Sequence record: SRR22947725_2285
Direction: 5' to 3' (one strand)
Length of the DNA stretch: 64,000 bases
Shown here one piece after another: positions 1 to 10,743 of the stretch (position 1 is the first letter of the stretch; every line of letters starts with the position of its first letter). A model generated the notes under the pieces. That model searched no databases and was not told the origin of the DNA. It worked only from the letters and a program-made list of their open reading frames with translations. The position numbers and the translations under genes were made by a program.

Positions 1-139
1 TAAAATCAACCCCTCGATGGGATATCTCCATTACAGATGCTTTAGAATTCTCATATTCAATAAGCTCTTCTTGAATTCTCAGAAGAACTTCTTTGGGCAG
101 CATGGCTGGTCCAGCACTAAAATTGTATGCTTGGGTCAT
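1..139 (-). CDS. serC: Phosphoserine aminotransferase, 5' part (runs off window start)
   Basis: Manual translation from ATG at 139 gives [26 protein letters not shown]...SVMEISHRG, containing the NFSAGP and MEISHR SerC signatures. Divergent from serB. Confidence 0.93.
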   Translation of the reverse strand, partial: MTQAYNFSAGPAMLPKEVLLRIQEELIEYENSKASVMEISHRGVDF

Positions 140-161
140 ATTAGAATATATAAATTATTTT

Positions 162-210
162 AAAAAAAAACGCTCAGGTGCGCCCAGTTAACTAAGCCCA
201 TCTAAACGTC
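162..210 (-). terminator. Terminator-like long hairpin with U-tract inside the serC 5' leader
   Basis: Minus strand reads GACGTTTAGATGGGCTTAG-TTAA-CTGGGCGCACCTGAGCGTT followed by a T-run. 17 of 19 positions pair, 5 of them G-U, so it folds best on the serC sense strand. Confidence 0.6.
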
Positions 211-252
211 ATTGTTTTTTTAAATAACCACCTTTGGTTATAAAGAAACATT

Positions 253-261
253 ATTATACCA
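253..261 (-). promoter_or_regulatory. Extended -10 promoter for serC
   Basis: TGGTATAAT on the minus strand, about 115 nt upstream of the serC ATG. Confidence 0.5.
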
Positions 262-288
262 ACCTCCAAAGAAAACTTATCATTGGCT

Positions 289-307
289 TTGTGACAAAAT
301 GTCACAA
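289..307. promoter_or_regulatory. Palindromic operator candidate between serC and serB
   Basis: TTGTGACA-AAA-TGTCACAA, a perfect 8-bp inverted repeat. Confidence 0.5.
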
Positions 308-419
308 CGTTATTTTTTTGTCTTTATTGTAAAATCATAATGTTTTGAGAATCATACAAATACTCCACTATTGTAAAATAGTTTTTCTTAATACTTAATT
401 ACACTTTTCTAATCTTTCA

Positions 420-1244
420 ATGAAAACGCTTATATTCCATAGCCTAGAAACTTTATCAGCAAAAAAACTTGCATTAGACCTAAGTGGAGAGGTTGAACTT
501 AGAAAAAATCACTATAGAATTCATACTAAAAAGGATTTTGATATAGAAAGTTACAGACTCTCTAGTGACATAGACCTTAACATTTTTGACAACAATTTTG
601 ATTATCAAAATATTGCACTCATGGTTAGCGATATGGATTCAACTTTAATTACTGTAGAGACGATTGATGAAGTTGCTAAAGAGGTTGGACTAAAGGAAGA
701 GATATCTTTAATCACTGAAGAGGCAATGCAGGGGCAGTTAGACTTCACAGATTCCTTTAAAAAACGCTTATCAATTCTTAAAGGCACAAATAACTCAATC
801 TTTGAGTCAGTTTATAGAGATAAAGTTAAATTCAGCCCGGGTGCAGAGGAATTAATCAACTACTTCAAATCAAATCAAATAAAGACAGCAGTCGTTTCAG
901 GAGGTCTGAAATTTTTTGCTGAAAAAATTAAAAGTCAGCTTGGTATTGAAAACTTCCGCGCTAATGATGTTGAGACAATCAATCAAACAATAACTGGCAA
1001 TATTATAGGAAATGTGATTGATGCTAAAGAGAAAGCCAAATATATTGGCGAGTTATGTGATCAATACAAATTAAAGGAAAACCAAGTTATTGCAATAGGA
1101 GATGGTGCCAACGACATAGAAATGATGAAAATTGCAGGGCTATCTGTTGCATATCATGCTAAACCTATACTCAAGCAGTATTGCAATATTCATATAAACT
1201 TTGGAAGCCTTAGAAGTTTAATTGATTTTTTTGAAGAATCCTAA
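420..1244 (+). CDS. serB: Phosphoserine phosphatase
   Basis: DMDSTLI..ETIDE, SGG, K and GDGAND HAD motifs typical of SerB. Confidence 0.93.
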   Translation: MKTLIFHSLETLSAKKLALDLSGEVELRKNHYRIHTKKDFDIESYRLSSDIDLNIFDNNFDYQNIALMVSDMDSTLITVETIDEVAKEVGLKEEISLITEEAMQGQLDFTDSFKKRLSILKGTNNSIFESVYRDKVKFSPGAEELINYFKSNQIKTAVVSGGLKFFAEKIKSQLGIENFRANDVETINQTITGNIIGNVIDAKEKAKYIGELCDQYKLKENQVIAIGDGANDIEMMKIAGLSVAYHAKPILKQYCNIHINFGSLRSLIDFFEES

Positions 1245-1367
1245 TCTTAATAATACAAATCTTGATTAACATTGAAAGTAGTTCATTTAAAAACCATAAA
1301 TAATTCATTAAATTTTCTTATCCACAAACTAGACTATAATCTTTTCAAAAACTTTAATCAGTCTGTT

Positions 1368-1802
1368 ATGAAATCAAAATCAATATTACTAACAATATTC
1401 CTTTCTTTATTTCTTCTTAGTTTCTTCAGTATTGCTAAAGCCGATGATCACCTTCATACTGTTAGTGGTTCAGTGACTGGCTGCTCCTCAAAACATGCTG
1501 TTCATGTTTTAATTTATGAAGAGTCTGGGTTCAAAGGTATGAATCATAGCCAAGAGAGTATTTATAATCCTGAGAAAGGTTCAGACTGTAATATTTCTTT
1601 CAGTATGCAAGTACCATCGGGACCTTACGCCCTAGCTTCTTTTGAAGATAAGAATGGTAACGGAGAGTTGGACTTCTTTTTCTTTATACCAAAGGAGCCT
1701 GCAGGCTTTTATCAGTTTACTGGAATGGGTGCACCTAAGTTTGATAAGATGAAGGTTGAAGTCAATTCTGACATAGATAATATTGAAATTGTTCTTCCAT
1801 AA
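1368..1802 (+). CDS. Exported DUF2141-like protein (ATG 1368 preferred over TTG 1272)
   Basis: Signal peptide after MKSKS and a G.YAL..F.D.NGNG.LD...IPKEP.GF motif. Confidence 0.65.
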   Translation: MKSKSILLTIFLSLFLLSFFSIAKADDHLHTVSGSVTGCSSKHAVHVLIYEESGFKGMNHSQESIYNPEKGSDCNISFSMQVPSGPYALASFEDKNGNGELDFFFFIPKEPAGFYQFTGMGAPKFDKMKVEVNSDIDNIEIVLP

Positions 1803-1830
1803 AATACCTCATAGCTTAGTAATTTACTAA

Positions 1831-2475
1831 ATGTCTACCTCAATCATTGCAGGATCTTCTGGACTGGTTGGGAACAATATCTTAAAACAGCTTTGCGATA
1901 AGAATCATAATGTTATTGCAATCACTAGAAAACCTATTTCTGAGCTTCCCCTTAAAGCCTCTGAGCTTGTCATAGACTTTGAGTCCTTTCTAATTGATGG
2001 GTCTTTGCCAGATTGTGACCATGTATTTCTTTGTCTTGGAACCACTATGAAGATTGCAGGAAATAAAAACAATTTTCGAAGAGTTGATTTTGACTATTCT
2101 GTTGATATTGCGAAAAAAGCGTTTGATTCAGGCGCAAAAAAATTAACACTAATTTCTTCTGGAGGAGCGGATAGTTCTTCAAAAAACTTTTATCTTAGAG
2201 TCAAAGGTGAACTCGAGGACTCTATTATTGATATTGGGTTTGAGAGTGTAAATATTTTCAGACCTGGCTTTTTAACTGGATCTGGTGGAAGAAAAAGGGC
2301 TACATCTGAAAAAATATTCATGAAGCTTGCAAAATTTCTTGACCTTGTTCTTATTGGTTCTGCAAGTAAGTATAGAAGCATTAATGCTAAAGTTTTAGCA
2401 AAAAAAATGGTTTCCACATTGAAAAGTAAGTCAGGAGTTCATTATTATTACTACGAAGACTTCATAAAGCCCTAA
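1831..2475 (+). CDS. NAD(P)-binding atypical SDR (YraR/TIP30-like)
   Basis: GSSGLVG Rossmann motif, CLGTT, F.RVD.DY, FYL.VKGE.E, RPG.L.G. Confidence 0.8.
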   Translation: MSTSIIAGSSGLVGNNILKQLCDKNHNVIAITRKPISELPLKASELVIDFESFLIDGSLPDCDHVFLCLGTTMKIAGNKNNFRRVDFDYSVDIAKKAFDSGAKKLTLISSGGADSSSKNFYLRVKGELEDSIIDIGFESVNIFRPGFLTGSGGRKRATSEKIFMKLAKFLDLVLIGSASKYRSINAKVLAKKMVSTLKSKSGVHYYYYEDFIKP

Positions 2476-2587
2476 ACTTCCTATACTCTATTATTCTTAG
2501 GTTCATTCAGCTTGAGTGAATATTATTAGACCTAAATTTTGTCACTGGTATAATATCTGCCATCATAGCAAAGCATATCATTAGACA

Positions 2588-3688
2588 ATGTCAGGTAACT
2601 CATTTGGAAAACTATTTACTTTAACGTCCGCTGGTGAAAGTCATGGCGAGGCGTTATTAGGCATTGTTGATGGCTGCCCTCCTGGAATGAAGCTCACTGA
2701 AGAAGACCTTCAGGGTGATTTAGATTTGAGAAAGCCTGGAAGTTCAAGACACACAACTCAAAGGAGAGAGTCAGATGCAATCAAGATTGTTTCTGGAACT
2801 TTTGAAGGGGTGACTACTGGAACTCCGATAGGTCTTTTAATAGAAAATACTGATCAAAGGCCGAGAGATTACACCAACATTGCAAACTCTTTTAGGCCTG
2901 GCCATGCTGATTTCACATACCAACAAAAATATGGATTAAGGGATTATCGTGGTGGTGGTCGCTCCTCTGCGAGAGAGACAGCAATAAGAGTTGCAGCTGG
3001 AGGAATTGCGAAAAAATACTTAAATGAAAAATACGGTATTGAGATTCATGGTTATTTGTCGCAATTAGGGCCAATCACTTTTGATAACTTTGACTGGGCC
3101 GAGGTGCACAAAAATCCATTTTTTTGTCCAGACTCATCTAAGGTACCTGAACTCGAAAAGTATATGGACAATCTAAGGAAATTAGGAGATTCCATTGGTG
3201 CAAGAATAAATATTGTTGCCAGTAATATGATTGCTGGACTCGGAGAGCCTATCTTTGACAGGTTAGATGCAGATATAGCTCATGCAATGATGAGTATTAA
3301 TGCAGTAAAAGGAATAGAGATAGGATCAGGTTTTGAAGTTGTCAATCAAAAAGGTTCAGACCATAGGGATCCAATTACTCCTGAAGGCTTTACCTCTAAT
3401 AACTCTGGCGGAATACTTGGTGGTATAAGTTCAGGACAAGACCTTTTGGTTTCAATTGCTTTAAAACCGACCTCTAGTATTCGTCTCCCAACTGATAGTA
3501 TTGATAAAAAAGGCCATTCAACTGAAATTAGTACAACAGGGAGACATGATCCTTGCGTTGGCATTAGAGCGACTCCTATTGCAGAAGCAATGCTTGCAAT
3601 TACACTTATGGATCACGCTCTCAGGCATCGCGCTCAAAATGCTGATGTTGTATCAGAAACGCCATCCATACCTGCCTCTAAGCAGTAA
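2588..3688 (+). CDS. aroC: Chorismate synthase
   Basis: [21 protein letters not shown] and GRHDPC signatures. Extended -10 TGGTATAAT at 2546-2554. Confidence 0.97.
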   Translation: MSGNSFGKLFTLTSAGESHGEALLGIVDGCPPGMKLTEEDLQGDLDLRKPGSSRHTTQRRESDAIKIVSGTFEGVTTGTPIGLLIENTDQRPRDYTNIANSFRPGHADFTYQQKYGLRDYRGGGRSSARETAIRVAAGGIAKKYLNEKYGIEIHGYLSQLGPITFDNFDWAEVHKNPFFCPDSSKVPELEKYMDNLRKLGDSIGARINIVASNMIAGLGEPIFDRLDADIAHAMMSINAVKGIEIGSGFEVVNQKGSDHRDPITPEGFTSNNSGGILGGISSGQDLLVSIALKPTSSIRLPTDSIDKKGHSTEISTTGRHDPCVGIRATPIAEAMLAITLMDHALRHRAQNADVVSETPSIPASKQ

Positions 3689-3713
3689 TTAGAATTCAAT
3701 TTAAAAGGAAATA

Positions 3714-5255
3714 ATGTTCAAGCTTATCCATAAGCGCGTTCCTAGTAACGCGAAAAATGATATTTTGTCAGGCCTCACCGTTGCTCTTGCTCTTGTTCCT
3801 GAAGCAGTTGCATTTGCTCTTTTAGCCGGCCTTAATCCGCTTGTCGGACTTTATGCAGCCTTTACAATAGGGATTGTTACATCAATCCTAGGTGGAAGGC
3901 CTGGAATGATTTCAGGGGCAACTGGAGCTATTGCTGTTGTTATTGGTACTTTGGTTGCCCTTCATGGCGTTGAGTATTTATTTGCAGCTGTAGTTTTAAC
4001 TGGAATTATCCAAATTGTATTTGGACTCTTGAAAATGGGTAAATTTATACGACTAGTTCCCCACCCAGTTTTTCTAGGCTTTGTAAATGGATTAGCCATT
4101 GTCATTTTCCTCTCTCAGGTCAAACAATTTAAAGTGGGTGGTGAATGGATCACAGGAACTCCACTAGCGCTTATGTTAGTGATTGTTGCAATTACTATGA
4201 TGATTATTCATTTCTTACCAAAACTAACAAGAGCTTTACCCTCAACTCTGGTAGCAATTGTTATAGGAACTCTAGCAGTATTATTTTTAGGTTTAGACAC
4301 CCGAACAGTTGGTGACATTGCCGCTATAGGTGGCGTTTTTCCTCCCTTTCATCTCCCTGATGTTCCACTGAGCATTGACATGCTCAAAATTGTTTTTCCA
4401 TACGCCATAGTGATGGCACTAGTTGGGCTCATTGAAAGCCTATTAACACTAAATTTAATTGATGATTTAACTGAAACTACAGGCCAACCAAATCGGGAAT
4501 GCATTGGGCAAGGAGTTGCAAATACGGTTACTGGTTTTTTTGGCGGAATGGGTGGCTGTGCGATGGTTGGACAAAGCTTAATCAATATTAAATCTGGAGG
4601 AAGGGGAAGATTATCAGGCATTGTTGCCTCTCTCGTTCTTCTATTTTTTATCCTTTATCTCGCAAAGTATATTGAAATGATTCCAGTTGCAGTGCTTATA
4701 GGTGTGATGATGATGGTTGTCATTGGAACATTTGAGTGGGGCTCATTTCGTCTATTTGGTAAGGTTCCTTTACCAGATATTATTGTTGGAATTGCAGTTG
4801 CAGTCATTACTGTGTTAACTGACAATTTGGCGCTTGCTGTTATAGCCGGTGTTATTATGTCAGCTTTATCTTATGCATGGGAATCTGCAGGAAAGATTCA
4901 CTCAATGGAAGAATATGAGTCAGATGGAAAGAAAACCTATAGACTTCATGGCGCTCTATTTTTTGCGTCCATTAATACCTTTCACTCAATCTTTAATCCG
5001 AAAGAGGATCCAGGAAATATTTATATTGACTTTAAAGATTCAAGAGTAATTGATCACTCTGCTATTCAAGCAATTGATAAACTTGCTGAACGTTATCAAA
5101 AAGTGGGTAAAACACTTCATTTAATGCATCTTAGTGAAGAGTGCAGGCTCCTCTTAAAAACAGCTAAGCAATTGGTAGAGGTTAATGTTCTTGAGGATCC
5201 TCAGTATCACGTTGCAATTGACAAAGCAAAAGATAGAATGGAAGGCAATCTATAG
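3714..5255 (+). CDS. SulP/SLC26 anion (sulfate/bicarbonate) transporter with STAS domain
   Basis: LALVPEAVAF, GGRPGMISGATG, GGMGGCAM, and C-terminal G.LFFAS...D.SAI STAS motif. Confidence 0.9.
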   Translation: MFKLIHKRVPSNAKNDILSGLTVALALVPEAVAFALLAGLNPLVGLYAAFTIGIVTSILGGRPGMISGATGAIAVVIGTLVALHGVEYLFAAVVLTGIIQIVFGLLKMGKFIRLVPHPVFLGFVNGLAIVIFLSQVKQFKVGGEWITGTPLALMLVIVAITMMIIHFLPKLTRALPSTLVAIVIGTLAVLFLGLDTRTVGDIAAIGGVFPPFHLPDVPLSIDMLKIVFPYAIVMALVGLIESLLTLNLIDDLTETTGQPNRECIGQGVANTVTGFFGGMGGCAMVGQSLINIKSGGRGRLSGIVASLVLLFFILYLAKYIEMIPVAVLIGVMMMVVIGTFEWGSFRLFGKVPLPDIIVGIAVAVITVLTDNLALAVIAGVIMSALSYAWESAGKIHSMEEYESDGKKTYRLHGALFFASINTFHSIFNPKEDPGNIYIDFKDSRVIDHSAIQAIDKLAERYQKVGKTLHLMHLSEECRLLLKTAKQLVEVNVLEDPQYHVAIDKAKDRMEGNL

Positions 5256-5281
5256 TTATCTTTTTGTAAATGCTTTACTTA

Positions 5282-5950
5282 TTATGGATAATTTACATAA
5301 ATTAAAGGATTTATTTCACTATAAACACTATCAGCTGTGCCTTTGAAGACTATTTCTGCCTCATCTCTTCTTTTAAGGACTTTAGAATAGTAAAGGTATG
5401 GTTTTTCAGATACAAATACTGCAGTGGCATCAACTTGAACTTCATTCCTACTATCACTTATAACTCTAAAATTTGTTGAATCTCCTGGCAATTCAAATCC
5501 TAACATAAAATTGATATCACTCAATTCACTGTTTAGCGCGTCTGCATAGTCAGTAGAACTTAGGCTAATTTCGATCTCATCAACGCCTTGAACCAAAAGA
5601 ACAGCAACTCTATTATTACTAGCTAAATAATTTTGTAAACTATCTAAAGTTCCCATCGGGATTGTTGTTTCAATAACAAGTGTCTCTCCCCAGTCCCCTG
5701 ATGATTGAGAAAAAATAGAATCTGGAGCAAGATACTTTTCAGCAATTTGACTAGCACTCTCTAACTCACCATCATCATCACTATAAAGTGAAAAAGAAGC
5801 CATAACTGGAACCTCTAAAACCTCTCCCTCTTGAGCAACATCAATATCAGTAGTATAAATAGACACTTCAAGATTACTAGGTGAACATGAAGTTAAAAAT
5901 ACAATCAGTAAAACAGGAGTTATGAGTTTTGAAATTATATTTATTTGCAT
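5282..5950 (-). CDS. Hypothetical acidic lipoprotein
   Basis: Long ORF with hydrophobic signal ending in lipobox LTSC. No family recognised. Confidence 0.65.
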   Translation of the reverse strand: MQINIISKLITPVLLIVFLTSCSPSNLEVSIYTTDIDVAQEGEVLEVPVMASFSLYSDDDGELESASQIAEKYLAPDSIFSQSSGDWGETLVIETTIPMGTLDSLQNYLASNNRVAVLLVQGVDEIEISLSSTDYADALNSELSDINFMLGFELPGDSTNFRVISDSRNEVQVDATAVFVSEKPYLYYSKVLKRRDEAEIVFKGTADSVYSEINPLIYVNYP

Positions 5951-5991
5951 GCTTATCAACGACTTAAAATAAATATAATATTATCATAATA

Positions 5992-7977
5992 TTACTTGAA
6001 TTGTCCATCTCTTAAAAATTTGATTTGATTTCTAATATCTGCCGCTTGTTCAAACTTTAACTCTTCTGCATATTGATACATCTCTTTCTCGAGCCTCTTC
6101 AACTCTTTAGAAAGCTGCACAGGTGAGAGCCTGACTTGAACATTTTCTGAAACTGCTTCCTCAATATCAGCCGCAGAGAGATCAGTATCGAGTATGTCAA
6201 TAATTGGCTTTATAACGCCTTTTGGAGTTATTCCGTTTTCCTCGTTAAAGACTTTCTGTTTATCTCTTCTGGATGATGTAACATCCATAGCCCTTTGCAT
6301 TGATTTAGTTATTCTATCAGCATAAAGAATAACACTGCCATTGATATTTCTAGCAGCCCTTCCCATTGTTTGAATCAGGGAGCGTTCAGACCTTAAAAAA
6401 CCTTCTTTATCAGCATCCAAAATTGCTACAAGCGAAACTTCAGGGATATCGAGTCCCTCTCTAAGAAGGTTAATTCCAACCAAAACATCAAACAAACCTA
6501 GACGTAAATCACGAATAATTTCAACCCTTTCAACGGTATCAATATCTGAGTGAAGATATCGAACCTTGACATTATGGTCATTTAAATATTCACTAAGCTG
6601 CTCAGACATCCTTTTAGTGAGGGTTGTCACCAGAACCCTCTCTTTAACAGTAACCCTTTTATTAATTTCAGATAATAAATCATCCACTTGAGTCTCTACA
6701 GGCCTCACCTCTATTTCAGGATCTAAGAGTCCGGTTGGCCTTACAACTTGTTCAGCAATAACGGTTGAAACCTCAAGCTCATAATTTGCTGGAGTTGCAG
6801 AAACTAAAATGCATTGGTTTAATCTTTCTGAAAATTCTTCAAATTTTAATGGCCTATTATCAAGTGCTGAAGGAAGACGAAACCCAAAGTCTACGAGTGT
6901 CGTTTTACGCGCCCTATCACCGTTATACATTGCCCCAATCTGACTCACTGTGACATGAGATTCGTCTAATATAACGAGAGCATCATCCGGCAAATAATCG
7001 AAAAGTGTTGGCGGGGCTTCACCCGGTTTACGCCCTGAGAGATATCGAGAGTAGTTTTCAATGCCTGAACAATAACCAAGCTCTCTCATCATTTCCATAT
7101 CTTGAACAACCCTCTGCGAAAGTCTTTGATCCTCAACCAACTTGTTTTGAGAAAGAAGCTCTTTTTTTCTAACTCCAAGCTCAATTTTAATGTCATCAAG
7201 TATATTTTGAATCGTAGATTCAGGGGTAACGTAGTGTGTTTTTGGATAAATTGTTATTCGCTGAAGTGATTTAAGCTTTTCACCAGTAAGTGGATCAAAC
7301 CACGATAGGCTCTCCACTTCATCATCAAACATTTCAATTCTAATTGCTCTCTCTTCGGAGTCTGCCGGGAAGATATCAATAACCTCGCCCTTAACTCTAA
7401 AATGTCCTCGAATTAGAGTCACGTCGTTACGGGTATACTGCATCTTTGAAAGTGTGGCAAGGATTTCTCTCTGATTAGTAATTTCACCCACTGTTAGATG
7501 AAGTAGCATCTTCATATAACTCTCAGGATCACCAAGCCCATAAATGGCTGAAACACTTGCGATAATAATTACATCTTTTCTCTCAAGAAGTGATTTAGTA
7601 GCAGAGAGCCTCATTTGTTCTATCTGTTCATTGATTGAAGCATCTTTCTCAATATACGTATCTGATGCAGGCACATAAGCTTCTGGCTGATAGTAATCAT
7701 AATAAGAGACAAAATATTCAACTGCATTATTGGGAAAAAACTCCTTCATTTCACTATAAAGCTGGGCCGCCAGTGTTTTATTAGGAGCCATAATAAGACT
7801 CGGCTTTTGACTTTTTTCAATGACATTTGCAAGAGTGAATGTTTTTCCAGATCCTGTCACTCCAACGAGCGTTTGATACTTCTCTCCAGACTCGATTCCA
7901 TCGAGTAACTTTTGAATTGCAGTTGGCTGATCACCCTTCGGTGAAAAATTTGATTTGAGTTGAAATTTTCTAGCCAT
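5992..7977 (-). CDS. uvrB: Excinuclease ABC subunit B
   Basis: [32 protein letters not shown] and C-terminal FE.AA..R UVR motif. Confidence 0.98.
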   Translation of the reverse strand: MARKFQLKSNFSPKGDQPTAIQKLLDGIESGEKYQTLVGVTGSGKTFTLANVIEKSQKPSLIMAPNKTLAAQLYSEMKEFFPNNAVEYFVSYYDYYQPEAYVPASDTYIEKDASINEQIEQMRLSATKSLLERKDVIIIASVSAIYGLGDPESYMKMLLHLTVGEITNQREILATLSKMQYTRNDVTLIRGHFRVKGEVIDIFPADSEERAIRIEMFDDEVESLSWFDPLTGEKLKSLQRITIYPKTHYVTPESTIQNILDDIKIELGVRKKELLSQNKLVEDQRLSQRVVQDMEMMRELGYCSGIENYSRYLSGRKPGEAPPTLFDYLPDDALVILDESHVTVSQIGAMYNGDRARKTTLVDFGFRLPSALDNRPLKFEEFSERLNQCILVSATPANYELEVSTVIAEQVVRPTGLLDPEIEVRPVETQVDDLLSEINKRVTVKERVLVTTLTKRMSEQLSEYLNDHNVKVRYLHSDIDTVERVEIIRDLRLGLFDVLVGINLLREGLDIPEVSLVAILDADKEGFLRSERSLIQTMGRAARNINGSVILYADRITKSMQRAMDVTSSRRDKQKVFNEENGITPKGVIKPIIDILDTDLSAADIEEAVSENVQVRLSPVQLSKELKRLEKEMYQYAEELKFEQAADIRNQIKFLRDGQFK

Positions 7978-8038
7978 TATTGGCAGTTTATGATTAAAAT
8001 AAAACCCTTAATTTTAAACCATTTAAAGAGTACAGTAA

Positions 8039-9214
8039 ATGTCATCAATCTTATCGGATCGTGTCCAAAAAGTTAAACCTTCTGCCACTATGGCGGTCAG
8101 TGATAAAGCCAAAGAATTAAAATCTCAGGGTATACAAATTGTATCTATGGGCTCAGGAGAGCCTGACTTTGATACGCCAGCCAATATTCAAAAAGCTGCA
8201 GTTAAGGCAATTGGAGCTGGTGAAACCAGATACACGCCTGCTGATGGAACTCCTGAACTAAAAAAAGCGATCTGTGAAAAATTTAAAAGGGAGAATGGTC
8301 TTGATTATTCTGCTACTGAAGTTATGGTCTCTTGCGGAGGTAAACAGGTTTTTTATAACCTTTGTCAAGCAATCTTAAATGAAGGCGATGAAGTAATTAT
8401 CCCAACTCCGTATTGGGTATCCTATCCTGACATGGCTATTCTGGCTGACGCAACCCCTGTTTTTATAGAGGCTGGGCTTGATCAAGATTTTAAAATAACA
8501 CCTGACCAGCTTGAAGCGAGCATTACTCCTAAGTCAAAACTATTTGTCCTCAACAGCCCTTCCAACCCAACTGGATCAGTCTACTCTAAATCAGAAATTG
8601 TAGCCCTTGGTGAAGTGCTTGAAAGGCATCCTCACGTGCTAACGATTAGTGATGATATTTACGAGCATATTCGATGGGGTGAAGGTGATTTTGTCAACAT
8701 TGCTATGGCCTGTCCAAATCTAAAAGAGCGCGTTGTTATTTTAAATGGTGTCTCTAAAGCTTACGCAATGACTGGATGGAGAATTGGATACGCTGCTGGT
8801 CCAGAGGCAGTCATCAAAGCTATGAAAAAAATACAAGGTCAGTCGACCTCAAATCCAAGCTCTATTTCTCAGGCTGCTGCTCTTGAGGCAATCACTGGTG
8901 ATCAGTCATTTATATCAATGATGGTTGAAGCTTTTGAGCGGCGCCATGAGTTTTTAGTCACTAGCCTAAATGAAATTGATGGTATTGAATGTCCAAGGTC
9001 CGGCGGAGCATTCTACTCATTCCCTAAAGTTCAAGGCCTTATCGAAAGGCTTGGACTCAAAGATGATTTAGAGTTTTCAACTTTCTGCCTTGAAAAACTG
9101 AGCTTAGCTGTTGTTCCTGGATCAGCATTTGGTGCTCCTGGCTATGTCAGATTATCTTTTGCCACGAGCATGGACAACATCAAATTATCAGTTGAGAAAT
9201 TAGCAAGCATCTAA
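8039..9214 (+). CDS. PLP-dependent class I aminotransferase (aspartate aminotransferase-like)
   Basis: GEPDF, PSNPTG, SDDIY, SKAYAMTGWRIGY. Confidence 0.88.
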   Translation: MSSILSDRVQKVKPSATMAVSDKAKELKSQGIQIVSMGSGEPDFDTPANIQKAAVKAIGAGETRYTPADGTPELKKAICEKFKRENGLDYSATEVMVSCGGKQVFYNLCQAILNEGDEVIIPTPYWVSYPDMAILADATPVFIEAGLDQDFKITPDQLEASITPKSKLFVLNSPSNPTGSVYSKSEIVALGEVLERHPHVLTISDDIYEHIRWGEGDFVNIAMACPNLKERVVILNGVSKAYAMTGWRIGYAAGPEAVIKAMKKIQGQSTSNPSSISQAAALEAITGDQSFISMMVEAFERRHEFLVTSLNEIDGIECPRSGGAFYSFPKVQGLIERLGLKDDLEFSTFCLEKLSLAVVPGSAFGAPGYVRLSFATSMDNIKLSVEKLASI

Positions 9215-9240
9215 ACATAGATTTGTTTAAGTTTTTTTGC

Positions 9241-9269
9241 TTGACATCTAAAATTTCTTAATATAACCT
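9241..9269 (+). promoter_or_regulatory. Sigma70 promoter for the aldehyde dehydrogenase
   Basis: TTGACA-17 nt-TAACCT followed by an AAGGAG RBS. Confidence 0.5.
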
Positions 9270-9295
9270 CTACTTGTTTATAAGGAGATTAAATC

Positions 9296-10723
9296 ATGCT
9301 TGATAAAAGAAAATTCTATATTAATGGTCAGTGGGTTGAGCCTTCTAAAAAGAATGACTTTGATGTCATCAACCCTTCTAATGAAACTGTTTGTGCAGTT
9401 ATCTCGCTTGGTTCACAAGAAGACACTAATGCTGCTGTTGCTGCTGCAAGAGCCGCACTTCCATCTTGGGCAAACTCATCAAAAGAGGAAAGAGTTGCCC
9501 TATTAGAAAGACTTTATTCTATTTATCAAAGAAGGATGGATGAGATGGCTGAAGTTATTTCTATGGAAATGGGTGCTCCCATAGACTTTGCAAAAAGGTC
9601 TCAAGCACCAAGTGGAACAGAGGCAATTGAAGACTTCCTTATTCAGCTCAAGAAGTTTGAATTTGAAAAGCAGCTGGATGATTCTGATAACCAGCTAATT
9701 TATGAACCTAAAGGGGTTTGTGCCCTTATTACGCCTTGGAACTGGCCAATTAGCCAGGTCGCGCTTAAAGTTATTCCAGCAATAGCTGCAGGCTGCACGA
9801 TGGTTTTGAAGCCCTCTGAAATAGCACCTTTAGATTCTATGATTTTTGCAGAAATGTTAGAGGAAGCTGGTTGTCCAGCAGGCGTATTTAATCTTGTAAA
9901 CGGAGATGGAGCTGGAGTTGGAAGTCAACTCACATCTCATCCTGATATAGACATGATTTCCTTTACAGGATCGACTAGAGCAGGTGCTTTAATTTCACAT
10001 AATGCTGCCGAAGATTTTAAGAGAGTTGGATTAGAGCTTGGCGGAAAAGGTGCTAATATAATTTTTGCTGATGCTGATGAAAAAGCTGTTAAAAGAGGCG
10101 TAAGACATTGCTTTAATAATACTGGTCAATCTTGCAATGCACCAACAAGGATGCTTGTTGAAAGATCGTTCTATGATAAAGCTGTTGAGATAGCCAAAGA
10201 AACAGCCCTTTCTACAAAGACAGATATAGCATCAAAGGAAGGAAGACATATAGGTCCTCTTGTTTCTCAGCTCCAGTTTGACAAAGTTCAAGCGCTAATT
10301 CAAGCTGGTATTGATGAAGATGCAACTCTAGTTATTGGTGGAACTGGAAAGCCAGAAGGCCTTGAAAAAGGCTATTTTGTAAAACCAACCATTTTTGCAA
10401 ATGTAAATAACGACATGACAATTGCGAGAACTGAAATTTTTGGCCCAGTTCTTTCAATGATTCCCTTTGACTCGGAAGAAGAGGCAATTGAGATTGCAAA
10501 TGATACACCTTATGGTTTAGAAAATTATGTTCAAACCCAGGACAGAGAAAAAGCAAAAAGAATATCAAAAAAATTACTTTCAGGTGTTGTTGAAGTAAAT
10601 GGAAATAGTTTAGCTCTCGGCTCGCCATTTGGGGGCTATAAACACTCTGGCATTGGAAGAGAAGGTGGCGAACATGGATTTAATGAATTCATCGAAGTCA
10701 AGGTTGTTACAGGCTGGAATTAA
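9296..10723 (+). CDS. Aldehyde dehydrogenase, substrate unknown
   Basis: ITPWNWP, FTGS, catalytic LELGGK and GQSC, EIFGPV. Confidence 0.92.
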   Translation: MLDKRKFYINGQWVEPSKKNDFDVINPSNETVCAVISLGSQEDTNAAVAAARAALPSWANSSKEERVALLERLYSIYQRRMDEMAEVISMEMGAPIDFAKRSQAPSGTEAIEDFLIQLKKFEFEKQLDDSDNQLIYEPKGVCALITPWNWPISQVALKVIPAIAAGCTMVLKPSEIAPLDSMIFAEMLEEAGCPAGVFNLVNGDGAGVGSQLTSHPDIDMISFTGSTRAGALISHNAAEDFKRVGLELGGKGANIIFADADEKAVKRGVRHCFNNTGQSCNAPTRMLVERSFYDKAVEIAKETALSTKTDIASKEGRHIGPLVSQLQFDKVQALIQAGIDEDATLVIGGTGKPEGLEKGYFVKPTIFANVNNDMTIARTEIFGPVLSMIPFDSEEEAIEIANDTPYGLENYVQTQDREKAKRISKKLLSGVVEVNGNSLALGSPFGGYKHSGIGREGGEHGFNEFIEVKVVTGWN

Positions 10724-10743
10724 ATTATTCAAAATAAACTGCC

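Noticed and set aside
162..245. Known riboswitch (ZTP, SAM-II/V, glycine) in the serC leader
   Set aside because: I could not match the conserved cores by eye. Kept only as an unclassified structure.
7978..8038. LexA/SOS box upstream of uvrB
   Set aside because: Only an ACAG half-site, no CTGT-N8-ACAG.
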